From Lytechinus pictus (taxonomy: Eukaryota), in the NCBI RefSeq assembly GCF_037042905.1, contig NC_087245.1:11968001-12032000 (forward strand): a stretch of DNA of 64,000 nucleotides, in the 5' to 3' direction. Position 1 is the stretch's first letter. Every line of letters begins with the position of its first letter. Positions 29,201 through 40,620 of the stretch are shown here, piece by piece. The notes beneath the pieces are model-generated. The model worked only from the letters and a program-made list of their open reading frames with translations. It did no database searches and was not told where the DNA came from. A program made the position numbers and the translations under genes.

Positions 29201-32200
29201 CCATATGCAACATGCTTTATGCAGCTCATATTTTTTACAGAGTTACATAAGTCATGATAGTTATGTTATAGTTAATGTATTTTAGTCTTACGAGTGGCAT
29301 GCTTCCATATCTGCCGACTCACCTCTCTTTTTTATATTCTTTGCTCATCTGAAGTAGTGTCTTGGCCTGAAGGACAGGATTCTGTCACAGAAATTTACCA
29401 TGGCAATAGTGAACAGCCAAAAAAAAGAAAAATTCTGGATGTAATGGCAAATTAACCATAAGAACTTAAAAGTATTTTTTTAATGGACATGGGCCCTTGT
29501 TCATGTGTGGTTGGGGGGGGGGGGTTGGGGGGAAAAGTGTTGAAACTTTTTTCCCCTTTTTTTAAACCTATTCTTGTTTATTTTTTATTTTTCATTATTT
29601 GTTTTATTTTCCCCGTTTTAATTATTCCATGTTTGTATTATATGATTTTAAAATTTTAATGTTGTTGACATTGGTAAAAATGTATTCTTTGTGACTATAA
29701 TGATGATAATGGGGATTGATAGTGATAATGATAATATTATCAGTAATACTTGTTCATAAAATAGACATGCTTAAGAGGCTCTTTTCTGTAATTTCCATTA
29801 ATATGTTTTCCTTATATTTCCATTTTCTCTAGGCTTCCCTGGACGGATCCATCACATTCAAGTTAATACCAGCTGATAATGATACAAAGAAGATCGCACA
29901 CAATAGTCAGGTACAACATGCACTGATCATACAGAGTTTTATTTACTGTTAGTAGTACAGATGTAGATTTTAGCAGGGAGGATGTAGGAGGGAGAAACAG
30001 TATGCTCACCAAACCTCACAATTTTTCTGAGATTTGGGCAAACCCAGCAAAGAGTAAAGATTTTTTTTATAGCTCTTTTGACATCCCTATTTTTCCTAAT
30101 ACTTTTGCCTTCATTCAGGCCTATTGAAAATTATGTTATTTTATAATTGTTTTGAAAAAATATCTCTATTTTCAGTTCGGAAGGTTTAGGAGATCTGATG
30201 CTGTATGAGCAAACAGTGTTTTATGTGCACATTGGAAGTGGTATCAATATAGTTACTAAATTTACTAATTTACCAAATTTAGAATCTCAAATATTTTCGA
30301 GAGTATTATTATTGCTACCATTACACTATTTGGTTGTGAAATAAAGAGCATACATGTATCAAACTCTTTAACATGAATGGCATGCTGAAAGGAATGAATA
30401 TGCTTAATAAGGTACACCATTTTGTTTTAAAAAATATTGAAAATTATTATAGAATGGCATTTTTTGTATAGCCAGCATGATGATTTTAACACTTTTATCA
30501 TAATGATGGGTTTAATTTGAGTTTGACGCAGTTTATTATTATTAATTAAAACATATGTATGCCATTTGAGATTGTTTAAAATCAAGAACTCACAAGCACG
30601 ACACATCATTTACTAACACATGTTCTGATTAGCAATCACTTATATACAGTGCATGGAGAATATTGGTTTATAGTGTTTCACCACTTGCCTATCATGTTGA
30701 AAACTGCACAGTTAGTTACGAACAACTTGAGATTCACTATTACATGTTGTAAACCTTGGAAACAAAATTGTCCATAGTATTGAGGCAGATAAAGGATTTA
30801 ATGAATGAGGGGCCAAAACTCTTGTTGATTTCTGAAAAGCAAAGTTTAAGAAATGTTCTCAATCCTTAAAATGATGAACTGCATCCAAATCTGACAAGTA
30901 GAAAAATTGAAAAAGTTATCACTTTAAAAATGGAAGGTTCAGTGCCAATTTTGGTAGAAATAGGGATGTGTACCCCCTCCCTGATCTGCACCTGACTTAA
31001 TGAAAAATATTCTTGCAATTTTAACTTTGATGAACTTGATGAAACAAAGGTGTACAGATGTTTAAACAAACTGGGTAATTTTGTGAAATATGCACCTAAT
31101 AGACACAACAACAAGCATTTTCATTACTTTTTTTAATTGAGCAAGTAATTGAATTGTATATCCCCAAAACATGAGTAATATTAATTATTGCTCAGTCCTT
31201 CTAAGCCATATGCTTATCTAACTTTTGGAAACTCCCCTGTATGAACAAAAAAATACTAAAAATACTAAAAAGTTTGATGGTAAGATATGAGCAGTCCCAC
31301 ACCTCCAAACATAGAATTCACAAATCCCCATAGTTAACTCACATGCATGTGTATGCTCACTTACATTTGTATGATTTGATTTCATGTAATCTTCACTCAT
31401 TTGCATGTGACAAAGCAGAGCCAAGTCACTACCACACCCCTACCTCCCTTTGGAGCCTCTGTTGCATCCGGCTTCTTGATGGAAGACTTCACAGGGGCTG
31501 GTGATCCTGGAAAGGTTTGTAGTAGCAAGGTAGAAAGGGCACACTGACTTGTGATCCTTTTTAGGATGATTTTGATATGAAAATCAAAATTATCAAATTT
31601 TCCACTTTTTTATGGAAGTTATATCAGTTGTTTTAATTTGGAGTTATACAGGTACATGTAACTCTGCCAAAGTCTAATCGCTAGGGACAACAAAAATCTT
31701 ATAAAATCTTCCTAAATTGGTTAAAAGGTTTCGCATAGTTTAAGTCTGAATAATTTCTTCGACTTTAAGCAATGATTTGACTTGTAGATGGTAGGCTTAT
31801 GCAGACTTAAGTGTATTGCATTTTTTCCCTCTTTATTACTGTGCACACATTGGAGAATGAAAATTTGCTAGAAACAAAAGGATCTGTGTGTATTGGATTT
31901 GCTATCTCTCTCTAAGAAACGTAACACATACTCGTAATAACTCCCAGGAAATACCTATTATTCCGACCACCCTCTCCTCCAAATATTTTTCCAATAGACC
32001 GGTACTTACTGACAGAGTTGGAAAAAATATATTGTGCTTTTTTTCTCCTGTGGGTAATGTATATCAGATGGAATCAATTTGAGAAGGGATGCCAGAAAAT
32101 TGATGATTGGTCATTGGTTGACAAGTCCTGGGGTAGTTGATTCTTTACCTAGTAATAGATAGGCCAAAGTCATCATGAAGAATTTGGGATAAGATGGTTT

Positions 32201-35200
32201 GACTTTCCGGTTATTTAGTGGAGCAATATCATTTTCATATTTACCTCTCACCTTATGAAATGTATTGTATTTTTTAGAATTAGTAGATAGTCTGGCTTCA
32301 ATGCAGGTGAATCCATTTTTATCAGGTTAGACTGAGATTATGGCCTGCTACACCAGACTTTAGATTACTTATACATGCCACAGAGTTTAATAAAATTTGA
32401 ACACATTATGAATTAACATGATTATGGTTTGAAAACATAATTTAAATTAGTGACTACTGCTGATGAAAAATAAACTTGGCATGATCATTATTAACATTAG
32501 TTGCTACTCATTTTATTGACAAAAGTTGTAGCATATTTTCACTTGTATTGTTACGGTATGAATGCATGCTATTCTAACAAATGAACTCACTAAAAAAGGA
32601 ATGCTAAAGTACTAACATCTATATCAGCTGTCACTTACAAATTGTAGTCAGGTTTTATATCACTTGTCCGATCGATCGGTAAACACATTAAGGTTTTAAG
32701 ACTGTTTGTCCAATTATTGTGATGTTTTGTCTTGTTGAGTGGGCTTTGAGGAAACCCTGTTATACAGATGGTATAGTAGCCATTGTTGCCCTCGATAGTA
32801 TGCAGTTGTTTACATGTGAACTGGTATGCTCTACTGATGATTTTTCCCCATTTCCACATGTCAGGGTAGATAACATACACTCACATGCACACATGTAGTC
32901 AATTAGTCAACCTGTGATGTTATGGTAGATGGCAGAGGCGGATCCAGGATTTCATAAGGGGGGGTGGATGGCGAAAGAATGGGTCTCAAGACAAAACAAA
33001 TTAATTTATCACCTTCTCGCTACAAAGGGAAAGGGGGTAATATCACTTCAAAAGGGGGACACTTGACTTCTCCAAAAACTGAGACACATGCCCTCTGTGC
33101 CCACAACACAGATCCTTGCCTGGAAGGTGAATGTATCTCATCATACTTCTAAATTGGCATAATATTCTCTTGGTTTTCTGAGGTATTATTCATCCATTAT
33201 ACATGTATTGTTCTATTCAAATCTCTATTGGTTCATTTTCGGGACTTGAAAGTTTTCTTTCAGGGGAGCGTTTCATCAATATTTTCATCCGACAAGTTGT
33301 CAGATCTGACATCTTTCCATGATTTTGATTGGCTGAGAGGCACTGTTCCTATGGTAACTGTCGGATAAAATGGGACTTGTCGGATAAAACGTCCGACAAG
33401 TCCTTTCATGAAACGCCCCCCAGATGTCACTTTTTAATTCTCAGAAATTTTATGAAAATCTGCTTTTTTGTTTTTGGGCTTTTCCATTGGAAAATTATAA
33501 TACTTACATGAAACATTTGAAATAAACTCTATGAATAGATAAATATGACATCCAAAACAACTTGGTGTAACAAGTTCCATGATATGTATGAGCCTTGATG
33601 TAAGAAGTTATCATAGTGAAATCATTGATTTAATCAGGTGAAGATGAGAGCTCACTTTGACTACGACCCCTACAAGGATGAAATGAACCCATGTCCTGAT
33701 GCTAGTCTATCATTCAGGAAAGGTGATATACTTCAGATAGTAGACCAAGGTGATCCTCATTGGTGGCAAGCTAAGAAGATAGGAGAGAAAGGATTACGGG
33801 CTGGACTCATTCCTGGTAGACAACTCCAAGAAAGGTAATGTTCAATGAGCCTGTGTAAAGATCATCGTCTATCTATTTGCATGTATTTAAATATTTACGT
33901 TTCCATTTTTATTTAAGGGGGGGGACTCTACATAAAAGATAGCTATTACTGGTGTCACATTACAATAAAAAAATGATATACGAAATTACAGGCAAAATAA
34001 ACATTTTTATGGGTACTGTTATATCAAAAAGTCACATGGCTTACCACTGATTTCTAACACAACCAGATAAAAAAGATAAAGGGGGGTCATTATATATGTA
34101 GTGATCAAATTTTTTATTGCAATTCTGTCTTTAGATTCACCCATTTTATTAAACCGTTTGGTCTATTATCTTTCTGTCCAGTAAATTGATGTCAGGTTAA
34201 CCCTATCTAGGCGGGGGTATTTTGGGATATTTTATGGTGCCGAAAATGGGCATGCAGTTTGTCTGGGACATAATCTACAAAATTATATTTTCATTGATTT
34301 CATCCAAATTGCTATTAATTGATTATGCTAATCTATGCATAGTTAGTATGTAAAATCACACTTTTTTCTCTACCTCCCCAAATAAAGCTCCACATGTTCT
34401 GATTTTTGGTGTAGAAACTCTTTGTGGTGTTCTTAGCAAATGTACGTGAAAAAATTTGTGATATCAGATCAATTTCTTATGTATTATTATTTTTTTTCAA
34501 TTTCTTATGTATTTCTTTGTGTTTCGTTTTTTTTCCATGAACTTTGTTGGGGAATCTTTTGAGATCGTAAACAGCATAAAATTAATCCATTAAGACCTGC
34601 AAAACTAAAAATAATCATACATTTATGATTTTTTATTGAAAACACAATTTGCATTAACTTTGTACACAAAATCAAATTTTTTAGCCATTTTTGGTCTGAC
34701 ATGCACTTACGAAATGTTGCGTAATTTCTGATCCCTGTACCCAGGCATCGCAAATTTGGTCTTAAAAGATGCGCAAGACTTGAAAGTAAAAAGTCAGCGA
34801 GCAGCGCGGTCAAAAAATTTTGTGCAGCGAAAATATTGCGCAGATTGTTGAGGGGGGGCCTGGCCTGTTAATGGTCAAAATCTATTAGAATTTATTGATA
34901 TGATATGATTGTACGCCATTTAAAAGCTTATTTAAACACTGTACTTTTATGTTGTATGAATTTAAATTGTCATGTCTACATGTAAAATAGTACAGTGTGG
35001 TCAAATAATTCCAAAGACAATGAATATTTCAATTATTTATTAAGTAACCACTTTCCATAAATTTTGCAGGAGGTTATCTAATCAGCGTTCCATCATAAAT
35101 GGAAGTCTCGGCAGCAATTCATCTTTAGATTTATCGTTCAAAGAGAGTAGTAAGTATTGGTGACTTCAGACAGTATATACGATTGCAATGTACTCTGTTG

Positions 35201-38200
35201 AGTGATATGCAAATCGATGAATTAAAATGAATGTCATTCAACTACATTTATGTTGAGATATAATTATGATGTTTATGATTGTGCATTGGCTGTAAAATTC
35301 ATTCCTTGCTTATTGAATTTTATGATTGACTTATAAAAGTGTGTAGATATTTTTATATATTTATTTTAAAATCCCAGTGTCTATTTTCTTCAATCAGTTA
35401 AATGAATTGACAACATATAACAAGTAGTTAATGTACTGTGGATATGTGAATAGATTAAAATGGGCTTATTTTTTATACACAGGTGATTAAAGAGCATTGT
35501 TTTGATGTAAGGATTAATAATTAATATGTTTTGTTTTTATTACAGGTGTAAGAATCAATGTAAGAAGTAGCTTCAGAACAAATAAAAGAAAGGTCAAGAA
35601 AGTAATGTATCTTGCTAAACAAAATGAAGGTAAGGAGGTACTTTCTTTGATTTTTATTTATGTTTTGCATTTGTCTCTGTCCCCTGTCATAATCATTTCC
35701 TTATTATTTTTTGCATTTTGGTTACCCTTTCATACTTTTATTGTAACTTTCTTTAAACAATATTTTAAAGCCAAAAGTATATCAGAGCAAAGTCATTTTG
35801 TATTTGATGATCCTCATTCATGTCACAATATGAATTGATATCAAGTTTGTCAGTGTGTACTGGGAAAGAAGAAGAAAGTGATTTGTCAAAGATCAAAAAT
35901 CTATTTAGAATAACATCCAAATGAGGTGATTCAAAAGGAGAAAAGAACTGCTTAAAGTAGTATGGTATCAATGCACCGCTTTTTCATCAGGTATTGTCCT
36001 CAGGTTATGGGTGTGACCAGATTGACCACATAATTGCTGCAAAGCCCTTATCCCCTCCTTCCACTATGCCATGATTCATTCAGTGCATCCTTCATCTTCA
36101 ACCAAAATGTGCCAAAATACAAATCCCTTATTTCCCATATATATGCCATTGTGTGGAATATGCAGTCATCTCATATTTACAGAGATAATCCATGTGAAGT
36201 GCACACATTTTCTTTCACAAATGAGTGCTAGAAGTATAAATATTTTGTCTTGCATTCATCACTATCACTCTTACATTTTAAACCCTTTCATTATTATTAT
36301 CTTTCTTTACCTCAGATTATGACAATGAAGAAGTATTAACATATGAAGAGGTAGCATTATACAAACCACCTGCATCAAGACCAAGGCCCATCGTTATTAT
36401 TGGTAAGACTAGGGAAATATTTCATAAACACTACTTTGCCTTAGAAATGTAACCCCCTCCCCCCCCCCCCACCCACCCTAAAGAATGCTGGTGGCCTCAT
36501 TTCCCAATGGATTTCTTTTAGACTCGCCATTGATGTTTATTTTGCTATATAATCTCCAAACCTGTAACTTTGGTGGTGCTGCCCCCAGAGTCATTTCTTC
36601 TTTAAGGTCATATGAGTCCAAGCCTTCTGTTAATTGGTGGAAGGAGATGGGGGTGTCGGGGGGGACATGTTCATGTTGTGCAGTAATGCACATTTTCTTG
36701 GTCTTGATATTGTTATTGATATAAATTGTTTTCCTTCTTTGACTTAAATGTTTCAGTAGGTCTGAATGATCTTTTAATGATCTTTTAATCTATTATCTCT
36801 TTCTTAGGTCCTCCTGGTGTTGGTCGCAATGAATTAAAGCGGAGACTCATCGCTTGTGACCCAGATACTTTTGGCAGTGCAATTCCCCGTAAGTACAATA
36901 TCTTGCTTACTATATCTGGGCACCATAATGCAGTGCTTGTCTAACAACTTTTCCATGCAGTTCGTGATAAATGTTCATGCAGCATAAGTAGTGTGAACAA
37001 TACAGGAACCAGTAAACTCTCTTGCTGGACACCACCCTAAATAAATGATCAAGTACATGTTACCATCATACTATTTTATTGGAGTAAGGTGTTCGTAATT
37101 GAAATACTGAATAAGGTGACATTTAAAAAATATGTCGCAGAGTCTCTTTTCTATGAAACCCATTTTTTGTAAATTTTTGTTTTCCTTTTGTTCTTCCCAT
37201 CCTAGACACATCCCGCCCTAAACGGATTATGGAGGAGGACGGGATGGAGTATTATTTTGTCTCCAGGGAGGTGATGGATAAAGCAGTAGAATCAAACCGT
37301 CTCATAGAGTACGGGGAGTATAAAGGTCATATGTATGGCACCAGTATCCTAGCAACTAAGAGGGTCATTGATGAGGGTCAAACCTGTCTTCTCTGTGTTC
37401 ATCCTCAGGTGAGAAGAAATATCTGTCTCTATGTTCCCCATGATAATTGCTTGAGTGGAAAGAATCTGCACATTAAACCATTCATTAAACCTAACACCAA
37501 ACCTAACCCTAACATGTATTTTTAGAATTTATACTGAAGGGCATAAAATGACCATACTTTTGTACGTCTGTCCCCCATTTTTCTCAAGTCTTACTTCACT
37601 TCATAAACTGACCAAGTCATGGTCATTTGAGAGCATTACAGACTGTCAAAAGAACAAGAAATCAGAGACAGAAAATTTCATGAAGGTCCTGCATATAGGG
37701 TGCCGGATGTACATGTTTTATGGAAGCTATATTGTTGCAGGAGCAAATGACTTGTTATCCTGATTTTCTTTTCATCAGTTGAAAATTACACTTTCTAACA
37801 AGTATCTCTATTGAATGCATTTTCAGTGTGAACATGAATGAAAGTTACATGGCAATCATAAACACATATACATGTTAAGTATTTTTTTATGGTAAGTTTT
37901 ACTTCACAATATATGATCTCACCCACAGTTGTATGAACAGTGTAAACATGAATGAAGTTACACTGCAATCATAAGTACATAATAATAATAATTACTTCTT
38001 ATAAAGCGCTTTTTCAAAAGTTACAAAGCGCTGTACAAATCACAAGACAAATACAATCAGTGAAAACTTAAAACAATGAAATGAAACACAACTTGAAATA
38101 TATTAAACATGTTAAAACAAATGAAATGTAAGCATCTTCTTAAACATATCAATAGAAGAACATTGTCTAAGTTTATGAGGTAATCTATTTCAATATTTTG

Positions 38201-38973
38201 GGGCAAACACAGAAAATTGTAGGTGTAATTTTTTTCATGGTAAGTATTACTCATATGATCTAACCCATAATTAAGTTGGATCTTCCAATTATCCTGTTTG
38301 TTATTTGTGTGATTTTGATGTAGGCCTTGAGGATCTTAAAGCAGTCTGAGCTGAAACCCTATGTAATATACATCAAGCCTCCATCAATAGATGTCCTTAG
38401 AGCTACAAGAATGTCCCGTAAAGCTATGGTCACCATGAAGAAATCACACACAAGACCGTTTGCAGTAAGTAGTTCCAAAGATATCTATTTGTTTTCTTTC
38501 GTTTAAAAATATATATTTACATTTATGGTTACCATAAAGAGTCACCATCCACATAAAAGCTACATATCTATCAAAGCTGATTTTACTTACCATCCAATAG
38601 CTATGATTACTATTGAAAAGTCTCACATAAGGCTTTTTAAAGTTATTGAATTGTGAATGATATATTTTTCTTTCCTTAAAAAAAATCAAAGTAGGTTTTT
38701 GTTACTTGAATATATTATTAATTTTCAGGGCCTTAATTGAGTTACTAATGATTTTTTATTGAATGATGAATGTATCGTTTTGATTGATTATTCCAGGATG
38801 AAGACCTTGTGAATATGGTGCAGGTCGGTAAGCGAGTGGAAGCAATGTACCAGCATTATTTTGATTACACCATCACCAACGACAACCTTCAACGCACCTT
38901 CATGGAACTGAAATCGGTCATCACCCGAGTACAGACGCAGGAGCAGTGGGTCCCTAGCAAGTGGTTGAGATAG
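1644..38973 (+). CDS. MPP7: MAGUK p55 subfamily member 7-like gene (whole span). Coding exons: 1644-1647, 8175-8293, 13421-13498, 14047-14277, 14864-14945, 21456-21541, 29833-29910, 33638-33834, 35070-35149, 35546-35629, 36316-36402, 36808-36888, 37206-37408, 38324-38464, 38797-38973
   Basis: Manual splicing at GT-AG sites gives one open frame of 1728 nt (575 aa + stop) with domain order L27, L27, PDZ (EPLGATI...[18 protein letters not shown]), SH3 ([39 protein letters not shown]), HOOK, GUK ([34 protein letters not shown]) and C-terminal QWVPSKWLR. Family is certain; MPP7 versus MPP3/MPP4 orthology rests on remembered motif similarity plus WAC adjacency. Confidence 0.9.
1828..3593. mobile_element. 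1.77-kb non-autonomous Tc1/mariner/pogo-type DNA transposon in MPP7 intron 1
   Basis: Left TIR GAGTAAAGTGCCCAAATATCGGAC; right end GTCCGATGTTTGGCGACTTTACTC; flanked by TA on both sides; subterminal repeat tgtccgatatttgg; no transposase ORF. Confidence 0.85.
4118..4736. mobile_element. TTAA-flanked MITE (Kolobok-like termini), copy 1
   Basis: TTAA|AGGTCAAGTCCACCCCA ... TGGGGTGGACTTGTCGT|TTAA; extended internal inverted similarity; second copy at 24191. Confidence 0.85.
5134..5252. repeat. Compound trinucleotide microsatellite (AAT)n(GAT)n(GGT)n(GAT)n
   Basis: Directly visible; explains the four low-complexity ORFs at 5002-5407. Confidence 0.95.
5576..5705. mobile_element. Short palindromic MITE (PIF/Harbinger-like)
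   Basis: gggtcccataacacaaagcttag ... ctaagctttgtgttattggccc inverted repeats. Confidence 0.7.
8175..8293 (+). CDS. MPP7: MPP7-like exon 2, first L27 domain ([40 protein letters not shown])
   Basis: Acceptor ttttacag, donor CAG|gtatgt; L27-like amphipathic pattern; phase 1 to 0. Confidence 0.85.
13421..13498 (+). CDS. MPP7: MPP7-like exon 3 ([26 protein letters not shown])
   Basis: Acceptor ttttctgcag, donor GAG|gtaatt; links the two L27 domains; phase 0 to 0. Confidence 0.88.
14047..14277 (+). CDS. MPP7: MPP7-like exon 4, second L27 domain and start of PDZ (VCEELQ...HDQIANKDY...[13 protein letters not shown])
   Basis: Acceptor tctcag, donor CTG|gtgagg; lies within ORF 14020..14313; L27 H-D motif. 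Confidence 0.93.
14864..14945 (+). CDS. MPP7: MPP7-like exon 5, PDZ ([28 protein letters not shown])
   Basis: Acceptor tttttcag, donor G|gtaagt; classic p55-family PDZ motif. Confidence 0.95.
15700..15970 (-). mobile_element. Degenerate tRNA-derived SINE remnants
   Basis: B-box-like GGTTCAAATCCCA on - strand (about 15908-15920); related decayed heads near 15805 and 16735 share gaaccctagacctt/tccactg motifs. Confidence 0.5.
16582..16730. mobile_element. Short palindromic MITE
   Basis: ggtcgcattgcat...gtaactttgccat / atggcaaagttacc...atgcaatggggacc inverted repeats. Confidence 0.6.
20589..20756. repeat. Degenerate (GAATT)n pentanucleotide repeat
   Basis: Repeated tgaat/gaatt/ggaatt units. 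Confidence 0.8.
20967..21158. repeat. Two-copy tandem duplication (about 90-100 bp unit)
   Basis: gtttgaag.gatct.gggg..tagagttga...cccactgaaatgctgtgaccc.cagtgatgc.agat..ctactcc occurs twice; the second copy has an expanded poly-C. Confidence 0.85.
21456..21541 (+). CDS. MPP7: MPP7-like exon 6, PDZ ([28 protein letters not shown])
   Basis: Acceptor ctttgtcag, donor TTG|gtgagt; GD..EVNG PDZ motif; phase 1 to 0. Confidence 0.95.
24191..24853. mobile_element. TTAA-flanked MITE (Kolobok-like termini), copy 2, opposite orientation
   Basis: ATAA|AGGACAAGTCCACCCCA ... TGGGGTGGACTTGACCT|TTAA; homologous to 4118-4736; carries an (AAT)n-tailed insert at about 24711-24781. Confidence 0.85.
29833..29910 (+). 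CDS. MPP7: MPP7-like exon 7, end of PDZ and linker ([26 protein letters not shown])
   Basis: Acceptor ttctctag, donor CAG|gtacaa; G.ITFK.IP motif. Confidence 0.92.
33264..33420. mobile_element. Short PIF/Harbinger-like MITE with 3-bp CAG target duplication
   Basis: CAG|GGGAGCGTTTCAT ... ATGAAACGCCCCC|CAG; internal tccgacaag/cttgtcgga inverted motifs. Confidence 0.8.
33638..33834 (+). CDS. MPP7: MPP7-like exon 8, SH3 domain
   Basis: ORF 33638..33838; acceptor taatcag, donor AG|gtaatg; MAGUK-type SH3. Confidence 0.96.
34201..34867. mobile_element. Probable piggyBac-like non-autonomous element, right end degenerate
   Basis: Begins TTAA|CCCT and ends near a poly-G ... TTAA; CpG-richer than flanks; right TIR not clean. 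Confidence 0.45.
35070..35149 (+). CDS. MPP7: MPP7-like exon 9, HOOK region ([26 protein letters not shown])
   Basis: Acceptor ttttgcag, donor A|gtaagt; phase 2 to 1 is required to join exons 8 and 10. Confidence 0.8.
35546..35629 (+). CDS. MPP7: MPP7-like exon 10, basic HOOK segment ([27 protein letters not shown])
   Basis: Acceptor ttattacag, donor G|gtaagg; K/R-rich HOOK; phase 1 to 1. Confidence 0.88.
36316..36402 (+). CDS. MPP7: MPP7-like exon 11 ([30 protein letters not shown])
   Basis: Acceptor acctcag, donor G|gtaaga; conserved TYEEV motif before the GUK domain. Confidence 0.95.
36808..36888 (+). CDS. MPP7: MPP7-like exon 12, GUK ([26 protein letters not shown])
   Basis: Acceptor ttcttag, donor C|gtaagt; degenerate P-loop of MAGUK GUK. 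Confidence 0.96.
37206..37408 (+). CDS. MPP7: MPP7-like exon 13, GUK ([20 protein letters not shown]...LCVHPQ)
   Basis: Acceptor atcctag, donor CAG|gtgaga; ORF 37229..37525. Confidence 0.96.
37981..38225 (-). mobile_element. Short SINE/L2-type 3' tail insertion ((AAT)n plus aaagcgct motifs)
   Basis: aataataataattacttcttataaagcgctttttcaaaagttacaaagcgctgtaca resembles the insert at 24711-24781; interrupts a local duplication. Confidence 0.5.
38324..38464 (+). CDS. MPP7: MPP7-like exon 14, GUK ([21 protein letters not shown]...TRPFA)
   Basis: Acceptor gatgtag, donor GCA|gtaagt; KPY.I.IKPP motif. Confidence 0.94.
38797..38973 (+). CDS. MPP7: MPP7-like last coding exon (DEDLVNMV...[14 protein letters not shown]...QWVPSKWLR*)
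   Basis: Acceptor ttccag; MAGUK C-terminal WVP motif; TAG at 38971-38973. Confidence 0.96.
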   Translation, partial: DEDLVNMVQVGKRVEAMYQHYFDYTITNDNLQRTFMELKSVITRVQTQEQWVPSKWLR

Positions 38974-40560
38974 ACTCGATAATCCTCAGACCATCAGATG
39001 GTCTTGTTTTCACACGGTCACAGTGGACTGCATTTCAATTATAATTGCACAGATTGTAAGCAGAGACAAGCGCTTCGGTATTACTTGCCCGGACTACATA
39101 CATGAGGCCACTGGACCATGTACTTCATACCAGTGACTTTGACAGAAGCCTGGCAAAGTGACCTTGTGGATGGCCTAGGTTTGTTCCCAGATAAAGAAGA
39201 CTAATGCATTTATATGATTATGCTTGCACCAATCTAACAGACAGATTTAACAGAACTGAAGGACCAAGTCTTTGTTCCAAGAATATCCCAAAGACCAGTC
39301 ATATCAACTTGTATTCAAGAAGCATGAAGACAAGTGTATGCTTTTTCTTATTCTGTTTTGGGAAATTAAAGTATTTCTGTAGTGTGCTCTGTTTGTATAT
39401 TCATATTCGGTTCATATGCCCTAAATAGGACCAATTAGATTGTAATATGATGAATTGTCATCTGAAACTTATCCTTTGTTTTAAGACCTATTTGTCACCA
39501 TTTTCAATGAGTTCTATTCTAAGCAGTAGCAGCAGAATTCTTAGTTGGTATACATGTCATCTCATGAATGGCATTGAAATATTGCTATTACAATTTTTGT
39601 TTTAATCTGAAAGATAATTCAGATCTACAGCAATGTTTCAAAAGTGTTGTCCGTCATCATATGTTGTCTTTGCTGCATGCAGGATTTCAGATCGGCTTTC
39701 ACACCAATCTTCCTTTGTTTTGTATGAAGATGAGAAGAAGGGGAGGAGTAACAGGGAAAAGGAAAAAGCGAATTCTAGAAAGACACATAAAAAGCAGTTC
39801 AGACTTATATTCAATGTGCTTAGAGAAATGTACTTAAGTTGTATTGGAAGTTAAAAAGATGTTTAAATCTCTAAACTAGAACTTGTTTCTAAAAAATATC
39901 CTTTAAAGCTCTTAGAAACAACCCTGATCTATTAAGCGATGTATTTGTTATGTGGAATAAGGATTTTTTTTTCAATCTATTGAATATTTACTGCTGAGTT
40001 TGCAATAGATCATAACTTTGTATCAATAGTTCTTGCCTTCAAATTGTACTTTGTATTTATTTGTCATCATCCCCTCTCGGCATACCAAGATCCCATTCAA
40101 TGATCAGATTCAAATAGTTAAAATATTAAGTGTTCATTGCAAATCTAAATGATCTTCAAGTAACAAATTTATATGTTCCTTCACCAAATGGGACAGGTTC
40201 TGAAATAAAAAACCAAACAAGTGTATAAGACTGCTAGCAATATCTCATTTGTTAATTCATTTTACATGCAGTGATCTTAGATTTCCAAGAAAGTACTGTA
40301 CCTCATTTAAAAAAAAAAGAAGAAAGGAACATCTGACATAAAAATTGTAAAAATCGTATTCCTGGTAATCTGGAAGATTGTCCCAACATAGCATCAAGCA
40401 TTGCATATTTACAGGAAAGAGAAATCTATAGTAACATGTTTTATATAATTTTTTTCCCCTTTCCTCTCTTTTGCCCTTCAAAATACACACACTTAAGAAT
40501 GTACATTGTGATCTTAGCTGTATTTGTGTATGTATTGGTAAAACTACTTCATTATTAGAT

Positions 40561-40620
40561 ATTAAATACTTGATGTGATTATTTTGGTGCTTTGCTTTGA
40601 ATTTTGTTGTTTTTCATGAA
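40561..40620 (+). terminator. Candidate poly(A) signal for the MPP7-like gene (ATTAAA plus downstream GU/U-rich element)
   Basis: ATTAAA at 40561-40566 followed by ttttggtgctttgctttgaattttgttgttttt; other AATAAA hexamers nearby, so site choice is uncertain. Confidence 0.35.
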
